Of a stretch of DNA of 64,000 nucleotides, positions 9,423 to 22,814 are shown piece after piece (within the stretch, counting starts at the first letter, position 1; every line of letters begins with the position of its first letter). Source of the stretch: an uncultured Verrucomicrobiae bacterium (GTDB taxonomy: Bacteria; Verrucomicrobiota; Verrucomicrobiia; Chthoniobacterales; JAATET01); assembly GCA_963719495.1 (NCBI GenBank), contig CAVRCI010000013.1, positions 352,001-416,000 on the forward strand, written 5' to 3'. The notes below the pieces were generated by a model. The model made no database searches. It had not been told where the DNA came from and worked only from the letters and a program-made list of their open reading frames with translations. The position numbers and the translations under genes are program-made.

Positions 9423-11708
9423 TCAATGCGCCATCAGATCGCCGATGGTGTCGGCCCAGGCGTGGTGGAGGTCGGCGAGGGGCCAGACGTGCGGCGTGTC
9501 GCCGACGGTGATCTCGAGGGTGTTGGCGGCGGTGACGGTGCCGATTTTTTGGGCGGGGACACCGGTGGTGGCGAGGTGCGCGAGGGCTTCGTCGGCGTGG
9601 GTGGGGTCGACGGAGATGACGATGCGGGATTGGGTTTCGCTGAAGAGGGTGACGAGGGGCGGGTGGCTGGTGGCGAGGGCGAGGCTCGCACCGAGGGGCG
9701 CGGGGGCGGCGCTGAAGCAGCTTTCGGCGAGCGTGACGGCGAGGCCGCCTTCGCTGCAATCGTGGGCGCTGGCGACCAGGCCCTTTTGGATGAGGTCGCG
9801 GAGGGCGTCGTGCAAAGCGATTTCTTTGGCGTAGTCCATCGCGGGAGGTGGCCCCATTTTTTCGCCGTGGAGAACTTTGAGGTAGTGGCTCGCGCCCATG
9901 CCTTGGGCGGGGGTGTCTTCGATGAGGTCGCCGAGGAGGAGGATGAGGTCGCCGGGCTTTTTGAAGGCTTGGGTGGTGACGTGGGCGGGGTCGGCGATGA
10001 GGCCGACCATGCCGACGGTGGGCGTGGGGTCGATGGCCCCGGCGGGGTTTTCGTTGTAGAGGCTGACGTTGCCGCCGGTGACGGGGACGTCGAAGGCGTG
10101 ACAACCTTCGGCGAGGCCTTCGACGGCTTCGCGGAGTTGGAAGAAATTCTCGGGTTTGTGGGGGTTGCCGAAGTTGAGATTGTCGGTGACCGCGAGCGGG
10201 ACGGCGCCGGAGCAGGCGAGGTTGCGGGCGGCTTCGGCGATGGCGATGCGGGCGCCTTCGCGGGGATCTTGGCGGCAGTAAATCGCGTTGCAGTCGGTGG
10301 TGGCGGCGAGGATTTTGTCGCACTCGCGGACGTGGAAGACGGCAGCGTCGGAGCCGGGGAGGACGGTGCCGCCGAGGCGGACCATGTGGTCGTATTGACG
10401 CCAGACCCAGCGCTTGCTGGCGATACTGGGATCGGCGAGTAATGCGGTGAGGGTTTTAACCGCGGATGGCGCGGATGGTGCGGATGTGAGGGAATGCAAT
10501 TCATCCGCGAAATCTGCGTAATCCGCGGTTCCCTTGGATGCTTCCCTCGAATACAGCGGTGCTTCGTCGGCGAGTTGGCGGGCGGGGATTTCGACGACCG
10601 TTTCGGTGCCGACTTTGACGCGCATCATCCTGTCGTCCTTGACTTCGCCGACCTGGGCGTAGGGGAGGTCCCACTTTTCGAAGATGTCGCGGACCGTCTG
10701 TTCTTCGCCTTTGTTGACGATGACGAGCATGCGCTCCTGGCTTTCGCTGAGGAGGATTTCGTAGGGGGTCATTCCGGTCTCGCGCTTGGGGACGAGGTCG
10801 AGGTCGATCTCGACGCCGGTGCCGCCGCGGCTGGCGGTCTCGCACGTCGAGCAAGTGAGGCCGGCGGCTCCCATGTCCTGAATACCGGCGACGCAGCCGC
10901 TGGCGAGGAGTTCGAGGCAGGCTTCGAGGAGGAGCTTCTCGCGGAAGGGGTCGCCGACCTGGACGGCGGGGCGGTCCTGCTTGGATTCTTCGGTGAGTTC
11001 GCGGCTTGCAAAGGCGGCTCCGGCGAGGCCGTCGCGACCGGTTTCGGCGCCGACGTAAAAGACGGGGTTGCCGATGCCGACGGCACCGCCGCGGGCGATC
11101 TGGTCGTGGCGGAGGACGCCGAGGTTGAAGACGTTGACGAGGGGGTTGCCGGCGTAGGATTCGTCGAAGTAGATCTCGCCGCCGACGGTGGGGATGCCGA
11201 TACAGTTGCCATAGTGGGCGATGCCGCTCACCACTCCGGCGAATAGGCGGCGGTTGGCGGCGGCGGAGGATGTGATTGGTGACTGGTGATTGGTGATGGG
11301 TGGGTTGTTGATGGGGCCGAACCGGAGGGAGTTCATGGAGAAGACCGGGCGGGCTCCCATGGTGAAGATATCGCGGATGATGCCGCCGACGCCGGTGGCC
11401 GCGCCTTGGAAGGGTTCGACGGCGCTGGGGTGGTTGTGACTCTCCATTTTGAACGCGATGGCCCAGCCATCGCCGATGTCGATGACGCCGGCGTTTTCCT
11501 CGCCAGCTTTGACGAGGACGCGGTCGCCGGTGGTGGGGAACTTCTTCAGCTCGAGCTTCGAGTTTTTGTAGGAGCAATGCTCGCTCCACATGACGGAGAA
11601 GACGCCGAGTTCCGTGAAGTTCGGGGCGCGACCGAGGATGGACTCGATGCGGTCGTATTCTTCGGGCGTGATGCCGTGCTTGGCGATGATCTCGGGAGTG
11701 ATTTTCAA
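9423..11708 (-). CDS. purL: Phosphoribosylformylglycinamidine synthase subunit PurL
   Basis: [29 protein letters not shown] and GGNVSLYN motifs; 761 aa with repeat-derived insertions. Confidence 0.98.
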   Translation of the reverse strand: MKITPEIIAKHGITPEEYDRIESILGRAPNFTELGVFSVMWSEHCSYKNSKLELKKFPTTGDRVLVKAGEENAGVIDIGDGWAIAFKMESHNHPSAVEPFQGAATGVGGIIRDIFTMGARPVFSMNSLRFGPINNPPITNHQSPITSSAAANRRLFAGVVSGIAHYGNCIGIPTVGGEIYFDESYAGNPLVNVFNLGVLRHDQIARGGAVGIGNPVFYVGAETGRDGLAGAAFASRELTEESKQDRPAVQVGDPFREKLLLEACLELLASGCVAGIQDMGAAGLTCSTCETASRGGTGVEIDLDLVPKRETGMTPYEILLSESQERMLVIVNKGEEQTVRDIFEKWDLPYAQVGEVKDDRMMRVKVGTETVVEIPARQLADEAPLYSREASKGTADYADFADELHSLTSAPSAPSAVKTLTALLADPSIASKRWVWRQYDHMVRLGGTVLPGSDAAVFHVRECDKILAATTDCNAIYCRQDPREGARIAIAEAARNLACSGAVPLAVTDNLNFGNPHKPENFFQLREAVEGLAEGCHAFDVPVTGGNVSLYNENPAGAIDPTPTVGMVGLIADPAHVTTQAFKKPGDLILLLGDLIEDTPAQGMGASHYLKVLHGEKMGPPPAMDYAKEIALHDALRDLIQKGLVASAHDCSEGGLAVTLAESCFSAAPAPLGASLALATSHPPLVTLFSETQSRIVISVDPTHADEALAHLATTGVPAQKIGTVTAANTLEITVGDTPHVWPLADLHHAWADTIGDLMAH
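10458..10530. repeat. 73-bp palindromic element with 9-bp-period arms, in frame inside purL
   Basis: aaccgcggat-ggcgcggat-ggtgcggat...atccgcgaa-atctgcgta-atccgcggtt; encodes [24 protein letters not shown]. Confidence 0.8.
11273..11300. repeat. Heptamer tandem repeat (TGATTGG-like x4) inside purL
   Basis: tgattgg tgactgg tgattgg tgatggg; encodes [10 protein letters not shown]. Confidence 0.75.
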
Positions 11709-11746
11709 CGAATTGGAAATTTGAAATGCGGACTGAGAAATGGCGA

Positions 11747-12427
11747 TCAGGCCAGGAGGCTTTCGAAGATGTTGCGGCCGTCGGTGCCGCCGAGATCGGC
11801 GTGGCAGGCTCGCTCGGGGTGGGGCATGAGGCCGAAGACGTTGCGGGCTTCGTTCGTGATGCCGGCGATGTGGCGGCGGGAGCCGTTGGGGTTGGCGTCG
11901 TCGGTGGTGCGTCCGCGTTCGTCGCAGTAGCGGAGGACGACCTGGCTGTGGTGGTCGAGGTCGTCGAGGGTGGCCTCGTCGGCGAAGTAACAGCCTTCGC
12001 CGTGGGCGATGGGGAGGCGGAGGACCTGGCCGGTTTTACAGGTCTTCGTGAATGGGGTGTCGTAGAGTTCGACGCGGACGTGGCGGTGCTCGCAGATGAA
12101 GTGGAGGTCGCGGTTGCGGACGAGGGCACCGGGGAGGAGGCCGGCTTCGCAGAGGATCTGGAAGCCGTTGCAGATGCCGATGACAAGGCCGCCGGCTTCG
12201 GCGTGCGTCTTGACGGCGGCCATGATGGGGGAGAAGCGGGCGATGGCTCCGCAGCGGAGGTAATCGCCGTAGGAGAAGCCGCCGGGGACGATGACCGCGT
12301 CGGCGTCGCCGAGGCTGGTTTCCTTGTGCCAGCGGAGGTCGGCGGCGAGGCCGGGGACCGTGGGGATGGCGCGGAGGACGTCCTGGTCGCAGTTCGAGCC
12401 GGGGAATTGGAGAACGGCTAGTTTCAT
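11747..12427 (-). CDS. purQ: FGAM synthase glutaminase subunit PurQ
   Basis: [24 protein letters not shown] and MPHPER motifs. Confidence 0.98.
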   Translation of the reverse strand: MKLAVLQFPGSNCDQDVLRAIPTVPGLAADLRWHKETSLGDADAVIVPGGFSYGDYLRCGAIARFSPIMAAVKTHAEAGGLVIGICNGFQILCEAGLLPGALVRNRDLHFICEHRHVRVELYDTPFTKTCKTGQVLRLPIAHGEGCYFADEATLDDLDHHSQVVLRYCDERGRTTDDANPNGSRRHIAGITNEARNVFGLMPHPERACHADLGGTDGRNIFESLLA

Positions 12428-12477
12428 GAGGTTTGAACCGCGAATGGACGCGAATGGACGCGAATGGTGAGTCTCAT

Positions 12478-12708
12478 TTAGCTGATGATTTCCAACGTGT
12501 AGTCCTCAATGACTGGGTTGGAGAGGAGGTCTCGGGCGATTTCGTGGAGTTTGGCTTCGTCGGCTGCTCCGATGTCGATTTCGATGATGCGGCCGACGCG
12601 GACCCGGCCGACGCCGGGGAGGCCGAGGTGTTCCATCGCGGGGACGAGGGCGGCGCCCTGCGGATCGAGGACGGTGGGCTTGGGTAGGACGGTGACGAGA
12701 GCTTTCAT
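12478..12708 (-). CDS. purS: FGAM synthase subunit PurS
   Basis: 76 aa with VLDPQG and [10 protein letters not shown] motifs; upstream of purQ. Confidence 0.95.
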   Translation of the reverse strand: MKALVTVLPKPTVLDPQGAALVPAMEHLGLPGVGRVRVGRIIEIDIGAADEAKLHEIARDLLSNPVIEDYTLEIIS

Positions 12709-14345
12709 CGGGTGGAGTGTGGTGGGTCGGCGCTCGGAAGACGAGTTAGAGGTTTGCGGTGCCGGACGAGCCGGGTGCGGAGGGAGAGGATGGTGACGAA
12801 GAGACAGCCGATTGAAAAGATTTCGCCGTAGCGACTGTAGAACGTGAGGGGTGGCTTGATCGGGACCTGGATTTCGTTGGCGAGGACGCCCTCGATGAAG
12901 GTGCTGCCGGAGACGGGGTCGGCGAGGATACTGGTGACGCGGCCGAGGCGGTCGATGAAGCAGGTGACGCCGGTGTTGGCGGCCCGGACGAGCGGGAGCT
13001 TGGTCTCGACGGCGCGGAAGACGGCGTTGGCGAGGTGCTGGTGGGAGCCGGCGCTTTGGCGGAACCAGCCGTCGTTCGTGATGGTGACGAGGAGTTCGGC
13101 TCCGCGGATGGCGAATTGGCGGGTGAGGTCGCCGACGGTGTCTTCGAAGCAAATGAGCGGCGCGACTTTGATCGGCCACGAGCGGAGGGTGAAAACGACG
13201 GGCTCGGTGCCGGCGGTGAAATCGCTGGGGACGAGGTCGCCGACGATCCACGCGAAGAGCGGGAAGGTGTGGCGGAAGGGGACGTATTCGCCGAACGGGA
13301 CGAGGTGGATCTTGTGGTAGAGCTGGATCGAGCCGGAGGGTGCGAGGGACACAGCGGAGTTGTAGCCGCCCTCGTGGTCGTAGTGAATGGTGCCGAGGAG
13401 GAAGTCGCCGTGGAATTTGGTCAGCGTGGCGGCGGCCATTTGTTTCATGTCCTCGTCGAGCAGGAGCGGTCGCGGCGTCGAGGCTTCGGGCCAGATGAGG
13501 AGGTTGGGCTGGCCGAGGACGGCGACGTCGGTGAGTCGCTCGTAGGTGTCGAGGATGTGGTTCTCGAACTCGTCGTCCCATTTCTGGTCCTGCGGGATGT
13601 TCGCCTGGACGGCGGCGATCTTGACGGCGACTTTTTCGCCGGGGGCCGGGGTGTAGTAATGGTGGACGCCGTAGGCGAAGGCGGCGGCGATGAGACCGAC
13701 GGTGAGCGTGAAGTCGTAGTGCGGTCGGAGGCGGGTGCGCCCGACTTCGAGCTGGATGCGGCGAACGGTGATGACGGCCATGACGTTGGCCGCCATGACG
13801 AGAAACGAGACGCCGCCGACGCCGGTGATGTCGGCGATCTGGATGAGGGCGGTTTGTTCGTGGAGCGCGGTGCCGAGGTTGTTCCAGCCCCAGCCGGTAA
13901 ACAGGACGCCGCGGATCCATTCCAGGCCGACCCAGGCGGCGGACGCGCCGACCGTCACACGAAGATTTCGGAAGGAATCCAGGAACGGCGATGGCTCGGT
14001 CGGGCTTGGCGGCGCGATGGGCCGACCGATGAAGGCGAGATACGTCGCCCAGCACGCGGGGTAAAGTGCGAAGTAGAGGGAAACGAGGACCCAGCCGCCG
14101 ACGGTGACATTCGTCAGCCAACTGAAGGCGATCACGAAGAACGTGACTCCGAAGGTGAAGCCGAGGAGGAAGGGCTGGAGCCCGGCGCGGCGGGCGGGAC
14201 GGGGGCCGAACCAGACGGCGACGATGAGCGGGATGAGCGCGAGCCAGGCGAGCCACGCCTGGTCGAAGGGCGGGAACGCGAGGGCGAGGAGCAGGCCGCC
14301 GAGGGCTGCGGCCAGGTAGGGCCAGAGGCGGCGGAGAACGGTCAC
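12705..14345 (-). CDS. lnt: Apolipoprotein N-acyltransferase
   Basis: TM helices plus nitrilase-fold motifs WPE, YHKIHLVPFGEY, ICFED, TNDGWF and RAANTG. Confidence 0.96.
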   Translation of the reverse strand: MTVLRRLWPYLAAALGGLLLALAFPPFDQAWLAWLALIPLIVAVWFGPRPARRAGLQPFLLGFTFGVTFFVIAFSWLTNVTVGGWVLVSLYFALYPACWATYLAFIGRPIAPPSPTEPSPFLDSFRNLRVTVGASAAWVGLEWIRGVLFTGWGWNNLGTALHEQTALIQIADITGVGGVSFLVMAANVMAVITVRRIQLEVGRTRLRPHYDFTLTVGLIAAAFAYGVHHYYTPAPGEKVAVKIAAVQANIPQDQKWDDEFENHILDTYERLTDVAVLGQPNLLIWPEASTPRPLLLDEDMKQMAAATLTKFHGDFLLGTIHYDHEGGYNSAVSLAPSGSIQLYHKIHLVPFGEYVPFRHTFPLFAWIVGDLVPSDFTAGTEPVVFTLRSWPIKVAPLICFEDTVGDLTRQFAIRGAELLVTITNDGWFRQSAGSHQHLANAVFRAVETKLPLVRAANTGVTCFIDRLGRVTSILADPVSGSTFIEGVLANEIQVPIKPPLTFYSRYGEIFSIGCLFVTILSLRTRLVRHRKPLTRLPSADPPHSTR

Positions 14346-14409
14346 GAGGTGCGGATTTGAGGCTTCGCCTTGGGGTTGGTGATCGGCTGGAAGCCCGATG
14401 CCACCGGGT

Positions 14410-14781
14410 TTATTTCGGTGCGGTGGCGGAGTCGATGCTTACGGCGGCCGGGGCCGACGTTTCCGCGGTGTCTTCGGGCGGGGTGTGGTCGAGGACGATG
14501 ACCACGGAGTCGTCCGGGTTGACTGTCTCGATCATTCCGGTCATCCGCAGGCCAGGGAAGCTCGTGCTCGACACGATCGCGCCGGTGCCGACGACGAACG
14601 GGGTCGACCGCTCGTCGCGGTCGGGGAATTTTGCTTGGACGATCCATTGACCCTCGCGTCGGGAGAGCGTGGCGTCGGTCGTCGTTGGGTTGTCGGCGGA
14701 ATAGAACCACCACGTTCCGGCACCGAAGGCGACGGCGATGAGGACGATGAGGACAACGAGATTGGAGCCGGAGGATTTCAT
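14410..14781 (-). CDS. Hypothetical membrane-anchored protein
   Basis: ATG overlaps the upstream stop (ATGA); N-terminal TM segment LVVLIVLIAVAFGAGTWWF; 123 aa. Confidence 0.6.
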   Translation of the reverse strand: MKSSGSNLVVLIVLIAVAFGAGTWWFYSADNPTTTDATLSRREGQWIVQAKFPDRDERSTPFVVGTGAIVSSTSFPGLRMTGMIETVNPDDSVVIVLDHTPPEDTAETSAPAAVSIDSATAPK

Positions 14782-15806
14782 TCTAGGTCGGTCGGGGTTT
14801 GGGTGAGCAGCGCGACGAGCCGCTGACCGGAGTCGGAGAGGACCGGGCTGCCCGCCGATCCGGTGATGATGTTTTTTGTCGCCCGGGAATACGGGACGCG
14901 GGAATCGCGGACGAAGAGGACTTGCGGTTCGGTGATGCGGACGGCGTAGGGTTCCACGCGGACGGGCGCGCCCTCGCGAGTGAAGGAGACGACCCAGGTG
15001 GGCGGGTTCGGGTTGACGCCTTCGAGCATCCACGGGTAGCGCTTCGCGAGCGTGAAGCCGGGGGCGGCCGGGATGGCGATCTTGTAGTAGATGGGCTGGG
15101 CGCGCAGGTAGTCGCCGAGGTTGAAGGTGGTGGGGTTCTCGCGGATGGCGAGCAGCAGGTCCGCGGGGTTGAAGCCGGCGAGGTTCTGGCCGTTGAAGTT
15201 CCCGTGCGGGTTCGCGTCGCCGCGATAAACGACGTCGTGCCATCCGTCGAAAAATTCCGACATCATGATGGCGAACTCGAAGTGGACGTGGGCGCGGGTG
15301 CGGTCGAGGCCGCGTCCGGAGTAACCCATGATCCCGAGCGTCTGGCCTTGGGCGACGCGTTCACCGTCGGCAACGGCGATGGACGCGAGGTGCGCGTAGA
15401 GAGTGTAGTATTTCGACCCATCGGCGACGTGCTCGACGACGACGTAGCGGCCGTAATTCGACCCACTGGGCGAGCTGCTGGCGTAGACGACCGTGCCGGT
15501 GGCGGCGGCCAGCACGGGGTCGAGCGGATTGCCGGACGGGTCGCGGCGGAGCGGCTTGATGTCGATCCCCTCGTGGACGCGGGTGTAGACGACGGTGCCA
15601 TCGGATTGGCTGGGATTCCGCACGAAGCCGTAGGAACCGCCCTCCCAAGGCTGCGACGTTTTTCCACCGAAGGTCCGGTCGACGTATTGATAGAACGCGT
15701 CGGGGCGCCCGGCGGTCAGCGCGCGGTTCTCCGTGGGGAAATCCAGCAGCAACCCGGCGCGGGCGGACAGGGTGACGGCGAGCAGGAGGACGATCGTGAG
15801 CCTCAC
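14778..15806 (-). CDS. M23 family metallopeptidase
   Basis: Signal peptide; HEGID (HxxxD), YAHL and HVH zinc motifs. Confidence 0.9.
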   Translation of the reverse strand: MRLTIVLLLAVTLSARAGLLLDFPTENRALTAGRPDAFYQYVDRTFGGKTSQPWEGGSYGFVRNPSQSDGTVVYTRVHEGIDIKPLRRDPSGNPLDPVLAAATGTVVYASSSPSGSNYGRYVVVEHVADGSKYYTLYAHLASIAVADGERVAQGQTLGIMGYSGRGLDRTRAHVHFEFAIMMSEFFDGWHDVVYRGDANPHGNFNGQNLAGFNPADLLLAIRENPTTFNLGDYLRAQPIYYKIAIPAAPGFTLAKRYPWMLEGVNPNPPTWVVSFTREGAPVRVEPYAVRITEPQVLFVRDSRVPYSRATKNIITGSAGSPVLSDSGQRLVALLTQTPTDLE

Positions 15807-16348
15807 GAGGGCAGCGGGGTCGGGGCGGGATCTTTTTCCTTTTTCACCTTCTCGATCTTCGGGCGTTTCGGGAGCTTCTCACCCTCTTTTCCGATGACGG
15901 GGAAATCGTATTGAAGCAGGTCGGCTTCCATCGGCAGGAGCCCACGCGGGATGGCGAAGAGGCCGTCCCGCACGGGCTGGTCGATGAAGAGATCCGTGAC
16001 GTGCCGACCATTGAAAAAGACGAGCAGGTAGGTGCCGCGCTTGGAGAGCGTTTGTTGTTCCAGCAGCTTCGCGCCGTGGGGCTCGAGTTGAAAATACGCG
16101 CCGAATGTGCCGCTCCCGGCGGGGTCCGGGAAGGCGTAGGCCGCGCTGACGTCCTTCTCGTTGAGCATCGGCATGGTTGCCATGTTCACGGTTTTTTTCG
16201 GGTAGATGAGTTCGACGGGTTTGGAGAATTGCCCACCCTCGGTGCCGCCTTCGGGGTAGACCCGCAGCGAGACGGCATTCTGTTTTTTGGCTCCGGCGGT
16301 CAGCGAGACGCACGCGACCGCGACGAGGAGCAGGGTGAGACGATGCAT
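15803..16348 (-). CDS. Hypothetical exported protein
   Basis: Signal peptide MHRLTLLLVAVACVSLTAG; stop overlaps the M23 start. Confidence 0.7.
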   Translation of the reverse strand: MHRLTLLLVAVACVSLTAGAKKQNAVSLRVYPEGGTEGGQFSKPVELIYPKKTVNMATMPMLNEKDVSAAYAFPDPAGSGTFGAYFQLEPHGAKLLEQQTLSKRGTYLLVFFNGRHVTDLFIDQPVRDGLFAIPRGLLPMEADLLQYDFPVIGKEGEKLPKRPKIEKVKKEKDPAPTPLPS

Positions 16349-16416
16349 GGTCGCGGTGTAGCCCACGAGGATAGGATTTGCAACCGCCCGCGCACTGGGA
16401 TAACCGAGGGGGGACC

Positions 16417-17145
16417 ATGTTGTGCCGCCAATTTCTCATCCTCGCGCTGGCGACCGGCTCCCTCACGGCCTCGGCGCAGTCCGAGCAATCCGTCATCCCG
16501 GTCATCCCCGATGAGGAGAGTCCGTTCTTCGTCGTCCGCGATCCGGACTCCGAGCCGGGGACCCGTCGGAGCCAGCGTCAGAAGGGCGCGCAGGAATCCT
16601 TCCCGCGGAACAAGGGCTCGGATCGCAGCGCCGGCGAGACGTTTACCGGGTTTTTCACCGAGATGTTTGCGTCCGTCACGTTGCCCGGCGAAAAGAAAAG
16701 CTCCGGCAGCAAACTCGTGGTCGAGCCGTCCGAATTTTCGCTCGACGACCGTCGCGAGGTCGCGGTCGATTTCACGATCTACAACAAGACGAAGAAGCTC
16801 CTCCGGCTGGAATTTCCCACCAGTCAGCGCATTGAAATCGTGATTAAAGACCCCGCCGGTGCCGTGATCGAGCGCTGGTCCGACGACCGCGCCTTCGACG
16901 ATCAGGAAGGCATCGTGATGATCAATCCAGACGAGCGCGTCGAGTATCAGGAAAAAATCGCGACCCGCGAAATGGTCCCGGGCACGACCTACGTGATCGA
17001 AGCCTCCGTTGCGAACAACGAGGAATTCACCCGCACGACGACGGTCACTCCGACCGGCAAGCTCGAGCTACCGCCGACGCCGACGGCTCCGACCGAAGGC
17101 GAACAGCCCGGCGACGACAGCGCCGAAGGCCAGACCGCGACCTAG
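16417..17145 (+). CDS. Exported protein with a BsuPI-like (proteinase inhibitor) Ig-type domain
   Basis: Signal peptide; FTIYNKT..LRLEFPTSQRIEIVIKD..G..IERWSDDRAF resembles BsuPI. Confidence 0.65.
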   Translation: MLCRQFLILALATGSLTASAQSEQSVIPVIPDEESPFFVVRDPDSEPGTRRSQRQKGAQESFPRNKGSDRSAGETFTGFFTEMFASVTLPGEKKSSGSKLVVEPSEFSLDDRREVAVDFTIYNKTKKLLRLEFPTSQRIEIVIKDPAGAVIERWSDDRAFDDQEGIVMINPDERVEYQEKIATREMVPGTTYVIEASVANNEEFTRTTTVTPTGKLELPPTPTAPTEGEQPGDDSAEGQTAT

Positions 17146-17652
17146 GATGCCCCCCACCCGGCTCGTCGTCGACGGGATCGGATCCGGCATCACCGACCCG
17201 TCGAAGTAGTCGCGAGTCGCCTTGTGCCGCGCGACGAAGGTCACGCCGAAGACCGCCCGCAGGACGGTCTCGCTCACGAGCCAGCCCAGCACGCCACCGG
17301 GCAACGCATATTCCACCCGGTCGGTCATGCGCGTCCGCGCCCCGATCTCGATGGACTCGAATTCGTGCCGGTGCTGGAAGCTCGCGAAGGGCGATTCGAG
17401 AGCCCGGTCCCACAGCGCGACCGGATGCTCGGCCCGGTCCCAGACACCCTCCCAGCGGATCGGCACGAAGAATTGCGAAGCCTCGACACGGAAGGTCTCG
17501 CCGGCCACCGCTTCGGCGTTGGCCTCGATGTGGTGGACCCGGAGCGACGAAGGGCTGATCTTCACGAGGTTGTGCGGGTTCTCGTGGAAGGCGTAGACGG
17601 CTTCGATCGGGGCGTCGAGAATGGTGGATTTTTGGAAGACGGAGGTTTTCAT
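17068..17652 (-). CDS. SRPBCC family protein
   Basis: ILDAPIEAVYAFHENPHNL, PFASFQHRHEF and TRMTDRVEYALP motifs. Confidence 0.85.
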   Translation of the reverse strand: MKTSVFQKSTILDAPIEAVYAFHENPHNLVKISPSSLRVHHIEANAEAVAGETFRVEASQFFVPIRWEGVWDRAEHPVALWDRALESPFASFQHRHEFESIEIGARTRMTDRVEYALPGGVLGWLVSETVLRAVFGVTFVARHKATRDYFDGSVMPDPIPSTTSRVGGILGRGLAFGAVVAGLFAFGRSRRRRR

Positions 17653-17774
17653 GGTTGGAAATTCGCTTGACCCATTTTGCAGAACGCGTTTTCTGCCCTG
17701 CCAACAAATAATTGTTGCCAACGCGGGATGGCGATCCTATCTGCTACCCCACCGCACTAACCAAACCCAAACAA

Positions 17775-18020
17775 ATGTCCGAAAAATCCATCGAAGAAAA
17801 AGTCAAAGATATCATCGTCGAGCAGCTCGGCGTCACGCCCGAGCAGGTCACACCAGCCGCTTCGTTCATCGAAGACCTCGGTGCCGACTCGCTTGACACC
17901 GTCGAACTCGTGATGGCTTTCGAAGAAGAATTCAGCGTTGAAGTCCCCGACGAAGACGCGGAGAAGCTCCAGACCGTTGGCGACGTGAACAAATACATCG
18001 AAGAGCGCGTCAGCAAGTAA
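17775..18020 (+). CDS. acpP: Acyl carrier protein
   Basis: [20 protein letters not shown]; 81 aa. Confidence 0.98.
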   Translation: MSEKSIEEKVKDIIVEQLGVTPEQVTPAASFIEDLGADSLDTVELVMAFEEEFSVEVPDEDAEKLQTVGDVNKYIEERVSK

Positions 18021-18050
18021 GTGCCTCTTCGGTCGAACGACCGATTTTGG

Positions 18051-18083
18051 AACGGGCCGCGCCGCGAGGTGCGGCCCGTTTTG
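18051..18083 (+). terminator. Probable intrinsic terminator after acpP
   Basis: aacgggccgcgcc-gcga-ggtgcggcccgtt hairpin ending in a short T run. Confidence 0.6.
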
Positions 18084-18099
18084 CGATTTGGTGAAGGGG

Positions 18100-18373
18100 C
18101 CTCGCGCAGAGACGCAGATGCGCAGAGGTGAAAATGCGAAGCATTGCCGCGTCCTCCGAAATGTCATTCTGAGCGAAGCGAAGAATCTCTGGCTTCTCAC
18201 CCTCGCCGCGCGCAAATGCGGTGTCAGTCAGAGATTGCCTTTGGATTTGGAGCTTCGGAAATGAAAGGCGGTCGGTGTCTCTTCGCTTCGCTCAGAATGA
18301 CCGTAGGGGGCTGGGAAAAGCTGCGCTTTCCCATTCTCTCCCAACCTTTTCCTCTCCGCGCCTCCGCGTGAGG
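18100..18373. repeat. Nested repeats: 9-bp-period inverted arms (18100-18128, 18351-18373) enclosing a TGTCATTCTGAGCGAAGCGAAG inverted pair (18162-18190, 18281-18301)
   Basis: Both pairs of arms are visible between the convergent acpP and acs genes. Confidence 0.75.
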
Positions 18374-18385
18374 AAAAATCCTCCC

Positions 18386-20332
18386 CTATTCGTCCGTCGC
18401 GCTCAACTTCGCGAGGACGCTGAAGTCCTCCATCGTCGTCGTGTCGCCGGTCACGTCGTCGCCGGCCGCGAGCTGCTTGAGGACCCGACGCATGATCTTG
18501 CCGCTTCGCGTCTTCGGGAGCGCTTCGGCGAAGCGGACTTCGTCCGGCTTCGCGATGGGTCCGATGATCTCGCCCACGTGCTTGCGGAGCGCTTCCTTGA
18601 GCACCTTCGTGGGCTTTTGACCCTCCTTGAGCGTGATGAACGCAACGACGCCCTGCCCCTTGATCTCGTCCGGACGACCGACGACCGCAGCCTCCGCGAC
18701 CGACGCGTGGGAGACGAGCGCACTTTCGACTTCGGCGGTGCCGAGACGGTGACCCGCGACGTTGAGCACGTCGTCGATGCGACCCACGATCCAGAAGTAT
18801 CCGTCCTTGTCGCGCCGCGCGCCGTCGCCGGTGAAGTAAGCGCCCGGGACTTCGCTCCAGTAGGTTTTCTTATAGCGGCCCTTCGCGCCGTAGATCCCGC
18901 GCAGCATCGATGGCCACGGCTTGCGGATCACGAGTTTACCGCCCTGATTCGCGGCGACTTCGTTGCCGTCGTCGTCGACGATGGCCGCGTCGACTCCGAA
19001 GAACGGGAGCGTCGCGGTGCCGGGCTTGAGCGGCGTCGCGCCGGGAAGCGGCGTGATCATGTGGCCGCCCGTTTCGGTCTGCCACCAAGTGTCGACGATC
19101 GGACAGCGACCGCCGCCGATTTTTTCGTGATACCACATCCACGCCTCGGGATTGATCGGTTCGCCGACCGTGCCGAGTAGGCGAAGACTGGAGAGATCGT
19201 GTTTGGCGGGCCATTCGTCGCCCCACTTGATGAAGGCGCGGATCGCCGTCGGCGCGGTGTAGAGGATCGTCACGCCATACTCGGCGACGAGTTGCCAGAA
19301 ACGATCCGGCTCGGGCCAATTCGGCGCGCCTTCGTAGAGCAGGCAGGTCGCGCCGTTCGCGAGCGGACCGTAGACCAAATAGCTGTGACCGGTGATCCAG
19401 CCCACGTCGGCGGTGCACCAGAAGACGTCTTCTTCCTTGAGATCGAAGACGTATTTCGTGCTCGTCGTCGTGCCGGTCAGGTAGCCGCCGGTCGTGTGAA
19501 GGATGCCCTTCGGCTTCCCGGTCGAGCCGCTCGTGTAGAGAATGAAGAGCGGGTTCTCGCTGTCGAATCCCTCGGCCGGACATTCGGTATTCACGTATTC
19601 CATCTCGCGGTGCCACCAGACGTCGCGACCTTCTTCGATGTGCGTGGGCGTGTTCGTGCGGCGAAAGACGATGACGCGACGCACCGACTTGTTACCCTTG
19701 AGCGCGTTGTCGACGTTCTGCTTGAGCGTCACGGTCTGGCCGCGCCGGTAGCCGCCGTCGGCGGTGATGACGAGCTTCGCTCCGCAATCGTGCACCCGGT
19801 CCTTGATGCTCTCCGAACTGAACCCGCCGAAGATCACGGAATGCACCGCCCCGATCCGCGCGCACGCCAGCATGGCGATCACCGCTTCCGGGATGAGCGG
19901 CATGTAAATGATCACGCGGTCGCCGCGCTTGACCTTGTTGCGCTTGAGGACGTTCGCGAATTTGCAGACCTCGCGGTGCAACTGGTGGTAGGTGAGCGTG
20001 CGCTTCTCGCCGGGTTCCCCTTCCCAAATGATCGCCGCCTTGTTGCGGCGCGGCCCGTCGAGGTGCCGGTCGAGGCAATTCTCCGCCGCGTTGATCTTCC
20101 CGCCGACGAACCACTTCGCGTCGGGGCACTTCCAATCCAGCACCTTTGTCCACTTTTTCTGCCAGTGGAGTTCCTTCGCCTGCGCGGCCCAGAATTTGTC
20201 CGGCTTGGCGATCGACTCGTCGTGGAGACGTTTGTATTCGGCCATGCTGCCGACGTGCGCGGCTTTGGCGAAGGCCTTGGAGGGTTTGAAGATGCGTTTC
20301 TCGACGAGGTGCGATTCGATGTTCTGGCTCAT
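18386..20332 (-). CDS. acs: Acetyl-CoA synthetase
   Basis: [27 protein letters not shown] and [12 protein letters not shown] motifs; 648 aa. Confidence 0.98.
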   Translation of the reverse strand: MSQNIESHLVEKRIFKPSKAFAKAAHVGSMAEYKRLHDESIAKPDKFWAAQAKELHWQKKWTKVLDWKCPDAKWFVGGKINAAENCLDRHLDGPRRNKAAIIWEGEPGEKRTLTYHQLHREVCKFANVLKRNKVKRGDRVIIYMPLIPEAVIAMLACARIGAVHSVIFGGFSSESIKDRVHDCGAKLVITADGGYRRGQTVTLKQNVDNALKGNKSVRRVIVFRRTNTPTHIEEGRDVWWHREMEYVNTECPAEGFDSENPLFILYTSGSTGKPKGILHTTGGYLTGTTTSTKYVFDLKEEDVFWCTADVGWITGHSYLVYGPLANGATCLLYEGAPNWPEPDRFWQLVAEYGVTILYTAPTAIRAFIKWGDEWPAKHDLSSLRLLGTVGEPINPEAWMWYHEKIGGGRCPIVDTWWQTETGGHMITPLPGATPLKPGTATLPFFGVDAAIVDDDGNEVAANQGGKLVIRKPWPSMLRGIYGAKGRYKKTYWSEVPGAYFTGDGARRDKDGYFWIVGRIDDVLNVAGHRLGTAEVESALVSHASVAEAAVVGRPDEIKGQGVVAFITLKEGQKPTKVLKEALRKHVGEIIGPIAKPDEVRFAEALPKTRSGKIMRRVLKQLAAGDDVTGDTTTMEDFSVLAKLSATDE

Positions 20333-20342
20333 GGGGAATTAA

Positions 20343-22676
<2,334 letters not shown>

Positions 22677-22685
22677 TCAAGCGAC

Positions 22686-22747
22686 GACGCTCGCGGCGCG
22701 AAGCGCCCTAGCCTTGGATGGTAGGGACGGTCGCGCCGCGCCATCCG
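22686..22747. repeat. Diverged pair of GTAG-type REP palindromes
   Basis: gacgctcgcggcgcgaagcgccctagc followed by ggtagggacggtcgcgccgcgccatccg, between the convergent icd and fbaB genes. Confidence 0.5.
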
Positions 22748-22814
22748 TCGCCATTTCGTGACGTCCTCGATCCTCCGATCAGCGCCGCCACGCCGCCCAA
22801 TCGCCCAACCCCGA

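Noticed and set aside
12439..12467. Tandem cgcgaatgga x3 between purS and purQ as a regulatory site
   Set aside because: Looks like a half-arm of a short-period repeat; no evidence for a regulator.
17700..17720. caacaa-ataa-ttgttg palindrome as dif or origin marker near the skew switch
   Set aside because: Poor match to dif arms and no DnaA boxes; more likely an ordinary operator in the acpP divergent promoter.
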